Shown here piece after piece: positions 8,763 through 18,030 of a stretch of DNA of 64,000 bases. The stretch comes from Geopsychrobacteraceae bacterium (lineage in GTDB: Bacteria > Desulfobacterota > Desulfuromonadia > Desulfuromonadales > Geopsychrobacteraceae). Position 1 is the stretch's first letter. Every line of letters begins with the position of its first letter. The notes below the pieces were generated by a model. The model saw only the letters and a list, made by a program, of their open reading frames with translations. It was not told the origin of the DNA and did not search any database. The position numbers and the translations under genes were made by a program. The DNA is taken from the NCBI GenBank assembly GCA_963662315.1, contig OY759353.1, forward strand, positions 704,001-768,000, given 5' to 3'.

Positions 8763-11243
8763 TTAACAGTCTTTTCTCGATTTCGTTTTAGATGAGGCTC
8801 GAGCATTCCATGGATCTTCGGGCCATGGATGCTTTGGGTAGCGGCCCTGCATTTCTTTGCGAATTTCCGGATAGACGTTGTCCCAGAAATAAGGAAGATC
8901 CTGAGTTATTGCTAATAACCGTCCTGCCGGTGACAGCATATGGATTGCCAACGCAACTTTTCCGTTGGTAATCTCTGGGTTGTGTTCCAGGCCGAATAGT
9001 TCCTGAAGCTTGACGGCCAAAAGCGGTGATTCACCATTGGTATAATCAATACGGACGCATGATCCGCTCGGTACGGCTATTCGTTCAGGCACTAACCTTT
9101 CGAGATGTTGTTGTAGCTCCCACGGTAAATAGGCTTGGAGAGGTTGAAATAAATCAAGCTGTAACAATGCTGATCGAGCTGAAATTCCAGAAAGGAAAGG
9201 ACTGAGCCAGTGCGTCATCTTCTCTTCAAGTCCGGTAATGGAAAAATCGGGCCATTTTAGTTCCGGGACATGCTGCTGGCATAGACGTACCCTGGCCGCG
9301 AATTGGCGTGCGTTGGAAGACCAGTTCATTTGATTCAGGCCAATCCTGCGAATTTCGGCCAGGACTGTCTCTGTCTGTTCATATGGATCTGCCTTTATCG
9401 GTTTTTCGGTCAGATGAAGGGCTCCAAAACGGGTGACTTTCCGTGCAAATAAGCATCCAGAACCTTGGTCCCAATGGACCAAGCGTTGTTCCTCTATGTA
9501 CTGTTCAAACGTCTGAGTAATCAATTCTAAATTTATACTGCTGGCCAAGGTAATCTCCTTTTCACCCTGACGATCCTGCAGTTCCAGTGCTATCAGGAAC
9601 GGAGGCGTTTGCAGCGAACTGCGGTTAGATAGCGTTGCACCACTACCGTCACTTAGCATATAGCGCCTTGACCCTGGTTCTCGCTGCTTTGCAATACGAT
9701 CAGGGTAGGCTACCGCTAACCAGAGCTTAACTCTTTGCTGATTCTGCGGCCAGGCAGTACTTTCTCTAACATGCAATGACTTTTTTAAATCGTCAATGAT
9801 TCGTTGCACTGTTTCAACGCCAGGTGAAGTAGAATTTTTCTGAAAGAATGACCAATGGATTTCAAGGTCGCAACTGCTCGTTGTTTGCGCAAACGTATAG
9901 GGAAGCCGGTCGCGTTCACTTAGTAATGCCGCCAGTTCGCAACCTAATGGACCGAGGTTGTCATCGTCAGCAGCCACAACGAGCCTGGCCAGGCGTGGAG
10001 GGAGAGACAGTCTGACCATGCGCTGTCCAAGGGGAGTAATCCGGCCCTGGTTGTCTATTGCCCCCATCCAACGGAGTAGTTTTTTACCTGCGTTCACCAG
10101 GGAAGGAGAAGGTGGATCCAGCCAGATCAAGCGGCTCGGATCGTTCTCACCCCAGTTCGCAAGTTCGAGGAGCAAAGAAGTCAGATCGCTGGTACGTATC
10201 TCTGGCGGTGTCTGGGGCAGAAGTTCGGCCTGTTGCCCCTGACTCCAGAGGCGATAGCAGGTTCCCGGCCCGAGGCGCCCAGCCCGCCCTCTGCGCTGTT
10301 CTGCACTGGCGGCTGAGATTCGCTTTAACTCGAGTCTAGAAATCCCTGTTCTGACATCATAGCGTGGCCGCCGCTCCCAGCCACTGTCAATGACTGTACT
10401 TATCCCCTCTATAGTCAGACTTGTTTCTGCAATATTTGTCGCCAGGATAACACGGCGCCTGGTGCCTGGTGTTAATGCCTGCTGCTGGGTCTTAAAGGGG
10501 AGGGCTCCATATAGTTGGCAAATAGTGGCATCGGTCAATTGGTCCAGTTTTTGTGCGCAGAGTCGTATCTCTCTGGCGCCAGGAAGAAACGCCAGAATGT
10601 CCCCCTCGTTTCTTTGTAGGGCCATTATGATGCCATTGGCAACACTATCTGCGATATGGCTGTTTGGACCTTGGGGTAAATAATGTGTAATAACTGGGTG
10701 ACTCCGCCCTTCACTCGTCAGAATGGGACAATTTTTCAACAGGGTGGCTAACGGTTTGGCATCCAATGTCGCAGACATGACCAGGATTTTCAGGTCGTCA
10801 CGTAAAGCCGCCTGCATATCGCAGCATAACGCTAAGGCCAGGTCTGAATGAATGCTCCGCTCGTGAAATTCGTCAAATATGACTAATCCGATGCCGTTTA
10901 ATTCCGGGTCTGCTTGTAGGCGACGGGTCAGAATGCCTTCGGTAACGACTTCTATGCGAGTTGTTTTGCCTCTTTTGCTGTCAAATCGAACACTGTAACC
11001 GACGGTCTGTCCAACGGGCTCTTTCAGCTGAGCTGACATAAAGGCGGCGGCATGGCGGGCTGCCATACGGCGCGGTTGCAACATCAGGATAGATTTTTGC
11101 CCTAGCCACGTTTCGGCTAACAGACTGACAGGTACTCTGGTTGTCTTGCCGGCCCCAGGCGGGGCCTGGAGAACCACAGCGCGATGCTGTCTGAGTTGCC
11201 CTTTAAGGTCGTCTAAAATTGCATCAATCGGTAACTGTTCCAT
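8763..11243 (-). CDS. hrpB: ATP-dependent RNA helicase HrpB
   Basis: APPGAGKTT, DEFHER, MSAT, QRRGRAGR and the HrpB C-terminus LAVKLQE.FG...GRYPKHPWP. Confidence 0.95.
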   Translation of the reverse strand: MEQLPIDAILDDLKGQLRQHRAVVLQAPPGAGKTTRVPVSLLAETWLGQKSILMLQPRRMAARHAAAFMSAQLKEPVGQTVGYSVRFDSKRGKTTRIEVVTEGILTRRLQADPELNGIGLVIFDEFHERSIHSDLALALCCDMQAALRDDLKILVMSATLDAKPLATLLKNCPILTSEGRSHPVITHYLPQGPNSHIADSVANGIIMALQRNEGDILAFLPGAREIRLCAQKLDQLTDATICQLYGALPFKTQQQALTPGTRRRVILATNIAETSLTIEGISTVIDSGWERRPRYDVRTGISRLELKRISAASAEQRRGRAGRLGPGTCYRLWSQGQQAELLPQTPPEIRTSDLTSLLLELANWGENDPSRLIWLDPPSPSLVNAGKKLLRWMGAIDNQGRITPLGQRMVRLSLPPRLARLVVAADDDNLGPLGCELAALLSERDRLPYTFAQTTSSCDLEIHWSFFQKNSTSPGVETVQRIIDDLKKSLHVRESTAWPQNQQRVKLWLAVAYPDRIAKQREPGSRRYMLSDGSGATLSNRSSLQTPPFLIALELQDRQGEKEITLASSINLELITQTFEQYIEEQRLVHWDQGSGCLFARKVTRFGALHLTEKPIKADPYEQTETVLAEIRRIGLNQMNWSSNARQFAARVRLCQQHVPELKWPDFSITGLEEKMTHWLSPFLSGISARSALLQLDLFQPLQAYLPWELQQHLERLVPERIAVPSGSCVRIDYTNGESPLLAVKLQELFGLEHNPEITNGKVALAIHMLSPAGRLLAITQDLPYFWDNVYPEIRKEMQGRYPKHPWPEDPWNARASSKTKSRKDC

Positions 11244-11319
11244 GTTTTCAATATGTAAATCAGTCGCACGCGGGGCACAAGGGGAAATTTATACAGGAGA
11301 TCGTATCAATAGAAAATAA

Positions 11320-11351
11320 AAAAGCCTCATATCTTGCGATATGAGGCTTTT
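11320..11351 (-). terminator. Intrinsic terminator of the csp gene
   Basis: AAAAGCCTCATATC-ttgc-GATATGAGGCTTTT with a flanking A run (U tract on the minus strand). Confidence 0.85.
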
Positions 11352-11374
11352 CCCGTACTGTAAATCTTTATAGA

Positions 11375-11575
11375 TTAAAGCTTACAAACGTTAGCTGATT
11401 GAGGACCTTTTTGGCCTTGAACAACGTCAAAGCTTACACGGTCACCTTCAGCCAGAGACTTGAAGCCTTCTGATTGAATAGCTGAGAAGTGAACGAACAC
11501 GTCAGCGCCGTTATCCTGCTCAATAAAACCAAAACCTTTAGAATCGTTAAACCACTTTACTGTACCTTCTGCCAT
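11375..11575 (-). CDS. cspA: Cold-shock protein (CspA family)
   Basis: GTVKWFN..KGFGFI and DVFVHFSAI; 66 aa. Confidence 0.95.
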   Translation of the reverse strand: MAEGTVKWFNDSKGFGFIEQDNGADVFVHFSAIQSEGFKSLAEGDRVSFDVVQGQKGPQSANVCKL

Positions 11576-11634
11576 CTTTTCTTACTCCGTTTTCCTGTAG
11601 GAAAATAGTGTTTGGTCAACCCTGTTCACTTCCC

Positions 11635-11669
11635 AAAATAAAAAACACAAACCTTGGATGGTCTGTGTT
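11635..11669 (-). terminator. Terminator-like hairpin in the csp 5' leader
   Basis: Minus strand AACACAGACC-atccaa-GGTTTGTGTT then TTTTATTTT, about 60 nt upstream of the csp start. Confidence 0.5.
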
Positions 11670-11882
11670 CCCCTTAGATTGACCCATCGTCAACCTGTTG
11701 CGTGATTTGGATCTGACACAAACTTTCTTAAAGTTAAGCGTTAGTACCATGTTCTATTATCTAAAAGCAACGGTTAAATTGCATTTTTTGTATTTAAATC
11801 TTAATTCTACTCAAAGTAGGGACCGGGAAAAATACCAATTGATGGGTGAGTGGTGTCATATTACAGATGTACTTCCTTCTTT

Positions 11883-12028
11883 TGTAAGGGAATTCGACAA
11901 TGTGCTGATTTTTAGCTGTTTATTGGAAAAATCGTGTCAGCATTCCTTACAGCAAAAACATAAACTTTGTTATGTGTTTGTAACAATTCGATAATACTTG
12001 CAGTATTTCATATGGCATCTCTCTTGCT
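11883..12028 (+). promoter_or_regulatory. Sigma-54 promoter with candidate enhancer and IHF sites
   Basis: TGGCATCTCTCTTGCT at 12013-12028 (GG-N10-GC). Two TGT-N11-ACA sites at 11883-11899 and 11935-11951. WATCARnnnnTTR match on the minus strand at 11898-11910. Confidence 0.75.
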
Positions 12029-12066
12029 TTGATGATTGGATAATAATCACTTAACTGGAGGCTGCT

Positions 12067-12822
12067 ATGAAACGTTTATCTTTGTTAACAACAGTGTTTT
12101 TCCTTTTGAGTTGTTTACCGGCTGTTTCTGCGACCATTTCATTGACGGGAACAATTCGTGATTTCAGTAGTGCTCATCCTGATTTTGAGGCACCTATAAA
12201 TGGCCTCACCACGGGAATCGTTCTACCTGCGCTTGGTGTTGATGGAACTCCGGTTCTGTCCGGCATAGCGAATGATTCAATACAAAGTGCGGCAACGTTC
12301 TACGATTGGTATCACAATACCCCTGCAAACTCAGGGACAATGAATTATTCCATTATTCTCGACAACGCAATAACTCCTGATCCTAATGTCTATACCTTCT
12401 CCGACAATTCTTTTTTTCCGATAGATGGACTTCTTGGTGGCAATGAGGGAAGGTCTCACAATTACCATTTCACTTACGAGTTGCACACCGCTTTTACCTA
12501 TCAGGGCGGCGAGCTGTTCAGCTTTACTGGTGATGATGATGTCTGGGTTTTTATCAATGATCAGCTGGTTGTTGATTTGGGTGGCATACATGGGGCTGCA
12601 AATGGCTCAGTTCTTCTCGATACGCTTGGTCTGACTCAAGGTATGGATTACGATTTTGACCTGTTCTTTGCTGAGCGCCATACTTCAGAGTCGAACTTCA
12701 AGATTGAAACCTCAATTTTGCTGCAGCCGAACAATCCTGTACCGGAACCTTCAACCTTGCTGCTTCTTGGTAGCGGGCTCGCAGGCCTCGGTTTTTATGC
12801 TCGGAAGCGGAAAAAAGCATAA
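12067..12822 (+). CDS. Fibro-slime (PA14-like) domain protein with PEP-CTERM sorting signal
   Basis: Signal peptide; IRDF...HPDFE, FFPID, HNYHFT, FTGDDDVWVFIN..LVVDLGGIH and FFAERH; C-terminal VPEPSTLLLLGSGLAGL...RKRKK. Confidence 0.92.
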   Translation: MKRLSLLTTVFFLLSCLPAVSATISLTGTIRDFSSAHPDFEAPINGLTTGIVLPALGVDGTPVLSGIANDSIQSAATFYDWYHNTPANSGTMNYSIILDNAITPDPNVYTFSDNSFFPIDGLLGGNEGRSHNYHFTYELHTAFTYQGGELFSFTGDDDVWVFINDQLVVDLGGIHGAANGSVLLDTLGLTQGMDYDFDLFFAERHTSESNFKIETSILLQPNNPVPEPSTLLLLGSGLAGLGFYARKRKKA

Positions 12823-12859
12823 TTCGTAGAACATTCTAGAAACACCATAGTTAATTTTG

Positions 12860-12886
12860 AGCGGAGTCAGTAATGGCTCCGCTTTA
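12860..12886 (+). terminator. Hairpin after the PEP-CTERM gene
   Basis: AGCGGAGTCA-gtaa-TGGCTCCGCT followed by a short T run. Confidence 0.55.
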
Positions 12887-13005
12887 TAATTGTGTAACAG
12901 ATCAATTATTGTCTGGCGAACAAGCCAAACCAAGCCATGCTGCCCGGATAGGGGGAGGGATTCTGTACAATGATAAAGCAGGCTATTGCTGCTTCATTTG
13001 TAGTG

Positions 13006-13036
13006 ACAAGGGGCTAGCTTTTTGCTAGCCCCTTGT
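13006..13036. terminator. Strong hairpin just downstream of the small Cys-rich ORF
   Basis: ACAAGGGGCTAGC-ttttt-GCTAGCCCCTTGT, a 13 bp perfect stem. Confidence 0.7.
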
Positions 13037-13042
13037 TGTTTT

Positions 13043-13213
13043 TCAGTGTCTGGTGTGGCAACGATCGCACGGATAACTATCCACATCCTGGTCACAGAAG
13101 CGGCAGTGATGACAATCTCTTATTTTTCGATCACCATCTGCGGTTATTTTTCTTTGAAAATGAACGGGAAGATTTTGTAACGCATTGTTTGATAATTGTA
13201 ATTTCTCTTCCAT
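13043..13213 (-). CDS. Small cysteine-rich hypothetical protein (56 aa)
   Basis: AGAGGAG RBS before ATG 13213, C-terminal CHHCRFC...PCDRCH, and a hairpin right after the stop. Confidence 0.6.
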   Translation of the reverse strand: MEEKLQLSNNALQNLPVHFQRKITADGDRKIRDCHHCRFCDQDVDSYPCDRCHTRH

Positions 13214-13529
13214 ACGTACTCTCCTCTGATAAATTTTCATATGAATACATATATGAACCATTCTATCGTAAGACGCACGATTGGCAATGGCTCTTCTGGT
13301 ATAAATACTTGAAAAATAGTTATTTTTTTCTTATTTTTGGGATGGTTTTAAATACGTAGGTTAATTTTTATTAAAACTGAGATCAGACTGTTCTGAACTA
13401 CGGAATATCGCAGATTTTTTCTTTGAGCTGACCAGTTTTTCGCGGTAGTATTCGTGCCCGGTAATTAGACTACAAATAAAATTAGTTTGATGAGTTTATT
13501 TCTTTATTATTAACATTTATAGTGAACTG

Positions 13530-13709
13530 ATGAGCAACCTAGAGATCAAATGCCCCCGTTGTGGCAAAAAATCCTTTTGGCAGGGGAATGCGTTCAGGCC
13601 GTTCTGCAGTGAAAAGTGTCGTCTGATTGATCTGGCGGCCTGGTCTGATGAAGAATATGCCCTTGATGGTGGCCAAGCGCCCCAGAATGAAGAAGATTCT
13701 TTCTTTTAG
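13530..13709 (+). CDS. yacG: DNA gyrase inhibitor YacG (59 aa, not in ORF track)
   Basis: Manual translation: MSNLEIKCPRCGK...FRPFCSEKCRLIDLAAWSDEEY... Confidence 0.93.
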   Translation: MSNLEIKCPRCGKKSFWQGNAFRPFCSEKCRLIDLAAWSDEEYALDGGQAPQNEEDSFF

Positions 13710-13726
13710 ATGAATAAGAGGTTTTA

Positions 13727-14098
13727 ATGTATCATTTAACAATCCAAACCCATTTTGCTGCTGCCCACAACCTGCTGAATTACCAGGGCGATTGTGAAAA
13801 CTTGCACGGCCACAATTGGAAGGTTGAGGTTACGGTCAACGCAATCGAACTTGATCAGGCCGGTCTTGGTATCGATTTTAAAATTTTAAAACGTGAAACC
13901 AAGGAGATCATGAATTACCTTGATCATAAATATTTGAATGAACTTGATGCGTTTAAAGGGATAAGCCCTTCTTCTGAACACATTTCACGTTTTGTTTTTG
14001 ATAGTTTGTCCGAACGCTTAAGCGCTTATCCGGTCAACGTTGAAAAAGTTACTGTCTGGGAATCTGACAATGCCTATGCAACCTACACCCGCGACTGA
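13727..14098 (+). CDS. queD: 6-carboxytetrahydropterin synthase
   Basis: FAAAH.L..Y.G.CENLHGHNW, LDHKYLN, PSSEH and VWES. Confidence 0.93.
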   Translation: MYHLTIQTHFAAAHNLLNYQGDCENLHGHNWKVEVTVNAIELDQAGLGIDFKILKRETKEIMNYLDHKYLNELDAFKGISPSSEHISRFVFDSLSERLSAYPVNVEKVTVWESDNAYATYTRD

Positions 14099-14825
14099 TC
14101 TGGTTGAGATTTTTTCATCTGTCCAGGGGGAAGGTCTTCTGCTTGGATACCGGCAGATATTTATACGCTTTCCGGACTGTAATCTCAATTGCGACTACTG
14201 CGACACAGATTTCACCCGAAAGCCCTTTTGCCAGGTGGAGACAGCTCCTGGCAGTGGTAACCTGGAGGAAATCAGCAATCCGGTCAGTTTTAGCAAGGTT
14301 CGTGATCTGATTGCCAAATGGTACCAGGCGTTACCTGGGGCCCATCATTCTTTAAGTATTACCGGTGGCGAGCCCCTGTTGCATGTCGATGTCCTTCAAA
14401 AGTGGCTGCCCGGTTTAAGATGTTTTCTGCCGATTTTCCTGGAGACCAACGGTACCTTGGTGAATGAACTGGAAGCCGTCATTGATCTTGTTGACTGGAT
14501 ATCTATGGACATCAAGCTGCACTCTCAAACGGGTGAGCGGACCGACTGGCAGGTGCATCGTGATTTTCTTAAGGTTGCCAGCAATAGAAAATGTTACGTC
14601 AAGGTCGTTGTCGGTGAGGACACCTCAGATCTCGAATTGCAATTGACCGCTGATGTCGTGGCGGGTCAGGATCATTCTATTCCGGTTGTTCTGCAGCCGG
14701 TTACCCGGGGTGGGAAGGTCGCCGTTTCTGTGCAACGTTTGCTTGAAATGCAGGCCGTTATGACCGATATTTATTCCGATGTGCGTATCATCCCGCAAAC
14801 CCATCGATTTATCGGTGCATTATAG
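14070..14825 (+). CDS. queE: 7-carboxy-7-deazaguanine synthase (radical SAM)
   Basis: EIFSSVQGEG, CNLNCDYCDT, ITGGEPL, LETNG and IPQTH. Start approximate, overlapping the queD end. Confidence 0.92.
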   Translation: MPMQPTPATDLVEIFSSVQGEGLLLGYRQIFIRFPDCNLNCDYCDTDFTRKPFCQVETAPGSGNLEEISNPVSFSKVRDLIAKWYQALPGAHHSLSITGGEPLLHVDVLQKWLPGLRCFLPIFLETNGTLVNELEAVIDLVDWISMDIKLHSQTGERTDWQVHRDFLKVASNRKCYVKVVVGEDTSDLELQLTADVVAGQDHSIPVVLQPVTRGGKVAVSVQRLLEMQAVMTDIYSDVRIIPQTHRFIGAL

Positions 14826-14848
14826 CTTACTGCTTGTTGGCCTTGTTT

Positions 14849-15577
14849 ATGATTATTCAGGATCTTACCATGACCGAATTCAGTGCCGGGTTAGCAGAAA
14901 CCCGCACTGTGATTGTGCCTTTCGGTTCTACTGAGGAACATGGCCTGCATCTGCCTCTGGATACGGATACGCTTCAGGCCGTTCGTGTAGCGTGGCAATT
15001 GGCCAGGCTTCGGCGCATTTTTGTCGCGCCCGCCATCCATTATGGCGTTTGCCGTTCAACCCATAACCATCCGGGAACATTGAGTATTTCTACCGCGACA
15101 CTGAAAGCGTTGACGGTTGATATTGTCAGTGCTCTTTACCGCCAGGGGCTGAGAAACTTTATCCTGCTAAGTGGGCATGCCGACGGCACTCATATGGCAA
15201 CCTTGACCGATGCCGGGGAAGATCTGCTGCAAAAATATGCTGATGTTAATATCGCAGTCGTGACTGAATACATGCTGGCGAACGAAGCGGGACGTCATCT
15301 GATTGAAACGGCTGGAGATGCCCACGCCGGGGAGATTGAAACCTCACGTCTGCTTTATTCTCATCCTGACCTTGTCAAAGGAATGTCTCCGGCCGAACGT
15401 CCCAACTTTCCTAAAGGTCTTTTGGTCAGGGACAAACAACGCTTCTGGCCAGGCGGAGTATGGGGCGATCCGGGAAAGGCAACGCCAGAGAAGGGGAGGC
15501 TCATTGAAGAACTGGTTGTCAGCAAGCTCGCTGAGCTTGCCGATCAGTTGGAAAAATGGGCAGAACAGGGCTTATAG
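14849..15577 (+). CDS. Creatininase / formamide-hydrolase family protein
   Basis: PFGSTEEHG.HLPLDTD, H..HPGT, SGHA and HAGEIETS. Start set to ATG 14849. Confidence 0.88.
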   Translation: MIIQDLTMTEFSAGLAETRTVIVPFGSTEEHGLHLPLDTDTLQAVRVAWQLARLRRIFVAPAIHYGVCRSTHNHPGTLSISTATLKALTVDIVSALYRQGLRNFILLSGHADGTHMATLTDAGEDLLQKYADVNIAVVTEYMLANEAGRHLIETAGDAHAGEIETSRLLYSHPDLVKGMSPAERPNFPKGLLVRDKQRFWPGGVWGDPGKATPEKGRLIEELVVSKLAELADQLEKWAEQGL

Positions 15578-16060
15578 GAAGCCAAATTTCTCAAGCAGTT
15601 TTACGCGGACCAGTGGGGGGACAAATTTGCTGATGTCGCCATTGAGGCGCCCGACCTCTTTAACGATTGACGAGCTAAGATAGGCACATTCCGGTGACGT
15701 CATCATGAACAGGGTTTCAACTTTTTCACAAACGTTATGGTTCATCTGGGCCATCTGGAACTCAAATTCAAAGTCACTGACGGCGCGCAGCCCTCTTAAG
15801 ATGACCCTTGCTTCTTTGGCAACGGCATAATCAACGAGCAGCCCTTCAAAGGTTTCAACTTCAAGTCGGGGATTATCGGCGATCAGCGCATTTATCATAT
15901 CTTTCCGTTCGGCAATGCTGAACAAACTGTTTTTTTCCGAGTTACGTGCGACCGCAATGATAATTTTGTCAAAAATTTCCAGACCGCGATTGACTATATC
16001 CAGATGCCCATTGGTAAAGGGGTCGAAGGATCCGGGGTAAATGGCAATATGTTGGTTCAT
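15572..16060 (-). CDS. coaD: Phosphopantetheine adenylyltransferase
   Basis: YPGSFDP.TNGH, RGLRAVSDFE.E and SSSIVKE. Confidence 0.96.
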   Translation of the reverse strand: MNQHIAIYPGSFDPFTNGHLDIVNRGLEIFDKIIIAVARNSEKNSLFSIAERKDMINALIADNPRLEVETFEGLLVDYAVAKEARVILRGLRAVSDFEFEFQMAQMNHNVCEKVETLFMMTSPECAYLSSSIVKEVGRLNGDISKFVPPLVRVKLLEKFGFL

Positions 16061-16626
16061 TAAAAATCTCCGGCTGATTGATACAGGCGAATACGTGTTG
16101 ACCCGTAGTTTCTGTCATCAATGAGTTCAAAAACATCACTTATATCATCAAGTGATTCGCTCTTGTCGGTTTCCACACAAATAAGTCCATCCTTGGCCAA
16201 AATGTCATATTCTGAAATTAAGTCCAGGGTTCTTGGGATGAGATTCTTTTTGTACGGGGGATCTAATAAAATCAGGTCAAAAGGCGCTTTATCGGTAAGT
16301 GCGGGTAACGCTTTGAATACATCCTGATGGATAAAGTGAGTCTGGTCTTCAAAGTGGCAGCGGCGAATATTGTCCTGAACAAGACGCGCCGAAGTGTTGC
16401 CTGAATCGATTAATATGGCCTGTTTTGCTCCGCGACTGATGGCTTCCAGGGCCTGTGCGCCACTTCCGGCAAAGAGTTCAAGAATTTTAAGATCTGAAAA
16501 ACCATTCAGTCTGCTCACCAGGATACTGAATAGTGCTTCGCGCACGCGATCGGGAGTCGGCCGGATTTCCATCCCGGAAAATTCTGCCAACCGGCGTCCC
16601 CTGGCTTTTCCGCTGATTATTCTCAT
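16060..16626 (-). CDS. rsmD: 16S rRNA m2G966 methyltransferase
   Basis: MRIISG.ARG, RPT.DRVREALF, LFAGSG and DPPY. Confidence 0.95.
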   Translation of the reverse strand: MRIISGKARGRRLAEFSGMEIRPTPDRVREALFSILVSRLNGFSDLKILELFAGSGAQALEAISRGAKQAILIDSGNTSARLVQDNIRRCHFEDQTHFIHQDVFKALPALTDKAPFDLILLDPPYKKNLIPRTLDLISEYDILAKDGLICVETDKSESLDDISDVFELIDDRNYGSTRIRLYQSAGDF

Positions 16627-16892
16627 TGTGTAATCTCAATGTCTTAAGTCTAAAGGACAAAAGATTTATCAGGTGTCTTTTGTCGGAGCAAGTTTTTTCT
16701 AGTAATTATTCGAACTTTTAAAGGAAATCTCAATTAATATTGAAGTGTGACATACTATGGCACCGAACACATATATAAATTATTTAAGCGTTTATCAGAA
16801 TTTGCCTGAGTGGAATACCTTGGCCTGTCCTGAAGGGCTACGAGAACAAAGCGTTTAAACAGAGATCGTGCAGGACTATAAGGAGGCTAATA

Positions 16893-18026
16893 ATGTGTGA
16901 ACAATATCTTGCGTCTTATGCTGCTAAAAGCAGTGAAAGTAGGGGCCGTCAGCATGTCGAACCTCATAAGGATGATCGACTTGTTTTTGAACGTGACCGT
17001 GATCGCATCATTCATTGTGCGGCGTTTCGCCGCATGGAATATAAAACCCAGGTTTTTGTTAATCATGAAGGGGATTATTATCGGACCCGTCTGACGCACT
17101 CTCTTGAAGTGGCCCAGATTTCGCGAGGGATTGCCCGAAAGATGAAATTAAATGAGGATCTGTCCGAAGCGCTGGCGCTGGCTCATGATCTTGGGCACAC
17201 GCCGTTTGGCCATACAGGAGAGGATGTCCTGGACCGTTTGATGAAAGATCATGGCGGTTTTGAACATAATCTTCAGTCTTTACGTATTGTTGAATTGCTT
17301 GAAAACAGGTACCCGACCTTCGATGGCTTGAATCTGAGCTGGGAGGTCCGGGAAGGGATCATTAAACATTCATCTGATTATGATAAAGCGCCAGTTTCTG
17401 CTTATGGAAACTATGCGCCGGAGCTGAAACCAACACTCGAAGCCCAGTTGATCGATCTGACCGATGAAATTGCCTATAATAATCACGATATTGACGATGG
17501 TCTAAAAGCCGGTTATATCCAGTTGGGTGAACTGGCAGGCGTTGAATTGTGGCAACGCACTTTTGAACGGGTGGGTAACATATATCCTGGTCTTGATGAA
17601 AAACGCCATGTACTGCAAACGGTGAGTTACCTGATTGGCGAGTTGATTCAGGACCTTGTTGCCACAACAACAGAGAACCTGCATAAAAACCAGATTGAAA
17701 CCGTTGCTGATGTGCGACATTTCCGGACCAACCTCGTTTCATTCAGTGATGAAATGAAGATCTTGAATAAAGAACTGAAAAGGTTCCTCTATAAGCGTCT
17801 TTATCGACACCCCAAGGTTGAACGGATGCGGGTGAAAGCAGAGCGGTTTTTATCGTTATTGTTTGAAAATTATATGACTCATCCCACCCTGCTGCCGGGA
17901 AAATACCAGGAACGCTTTCCTGTGCATGGAACAGAGCGGGTTGTCTGCGACTATATCGCCAGCATGACGGATCGTTATGCTCAGGATGAATACAAGCGCT
18001 TATATGAACCTTTTGAGCGCGCCTGA
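16893..18026 (+). CDS. dgt: Deoxyguanosinetriphosphate triphosphohydrolase (HD superfamily)
   Basis: RDRDRIIH..AFRR..YKTQV, RTRLTHSLEV, HDLGHTPFGH and DYIASMTD. Confidence 0.94.
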   Translation: MCEQYLASYAAKSSESRGRQHVEPHKDDRLVFERDRDRIIHCAAFRRMEYKTQVFVNHEGDYYRTRLTHSLEVAQISRGIARKMKLNEDLSEALALAHDLGHTPFGHTGEDVLDRLMKDHGGFEHNLQSLRIVELLENRYPTFDGLNLSWEVREGIIKHSSDYDKAPVSAYGNYAPELKPTLEAQLIDLTDEIAYNNHDIDDGLKAGYIQLGELAGVELWQRTFERVGNIYPGLDEKRHVLQTVSYLIGELIQDLVATTTENLHKNQIETVADVRHFRTNLVSFSDEMKILNKELKRFLYKRLYRHPKVERMRVKAERFLSLLFENYMTHPTLLPGKYQERFPVHGTERVVCDYIASMTDRYAQDEYKRLYEPFERA

Positions 18027-18030
18027 GCGG

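Noticed and set aside
11698..11994. 98 aa ORF between csp and the PEP-CTERM gene
   Set aside because: No RBS or protein-like features, and it overlies the AT-rich divergent promoter region.
13043..13070. c-type cytochrome from the CDRCH motif
   Set aside because: There is no signal peptide, so periplasmic heme attachment is unlikely.
13033..13359. 108 aa + strand ORF, and the 67 aa - strand ORF at 13539-13742
   Set aside because: Both are shadows of better-supported genes on the opposite strand (the Cys-rich microprotein and yacG).
16827..16876. Possible riboswitch in the dGTPase leader (GTCCTG...CAGGAC pairing)
   Set aside because: Only a 6 bp stem, with no recognisable aptamer consensus or expression platform.
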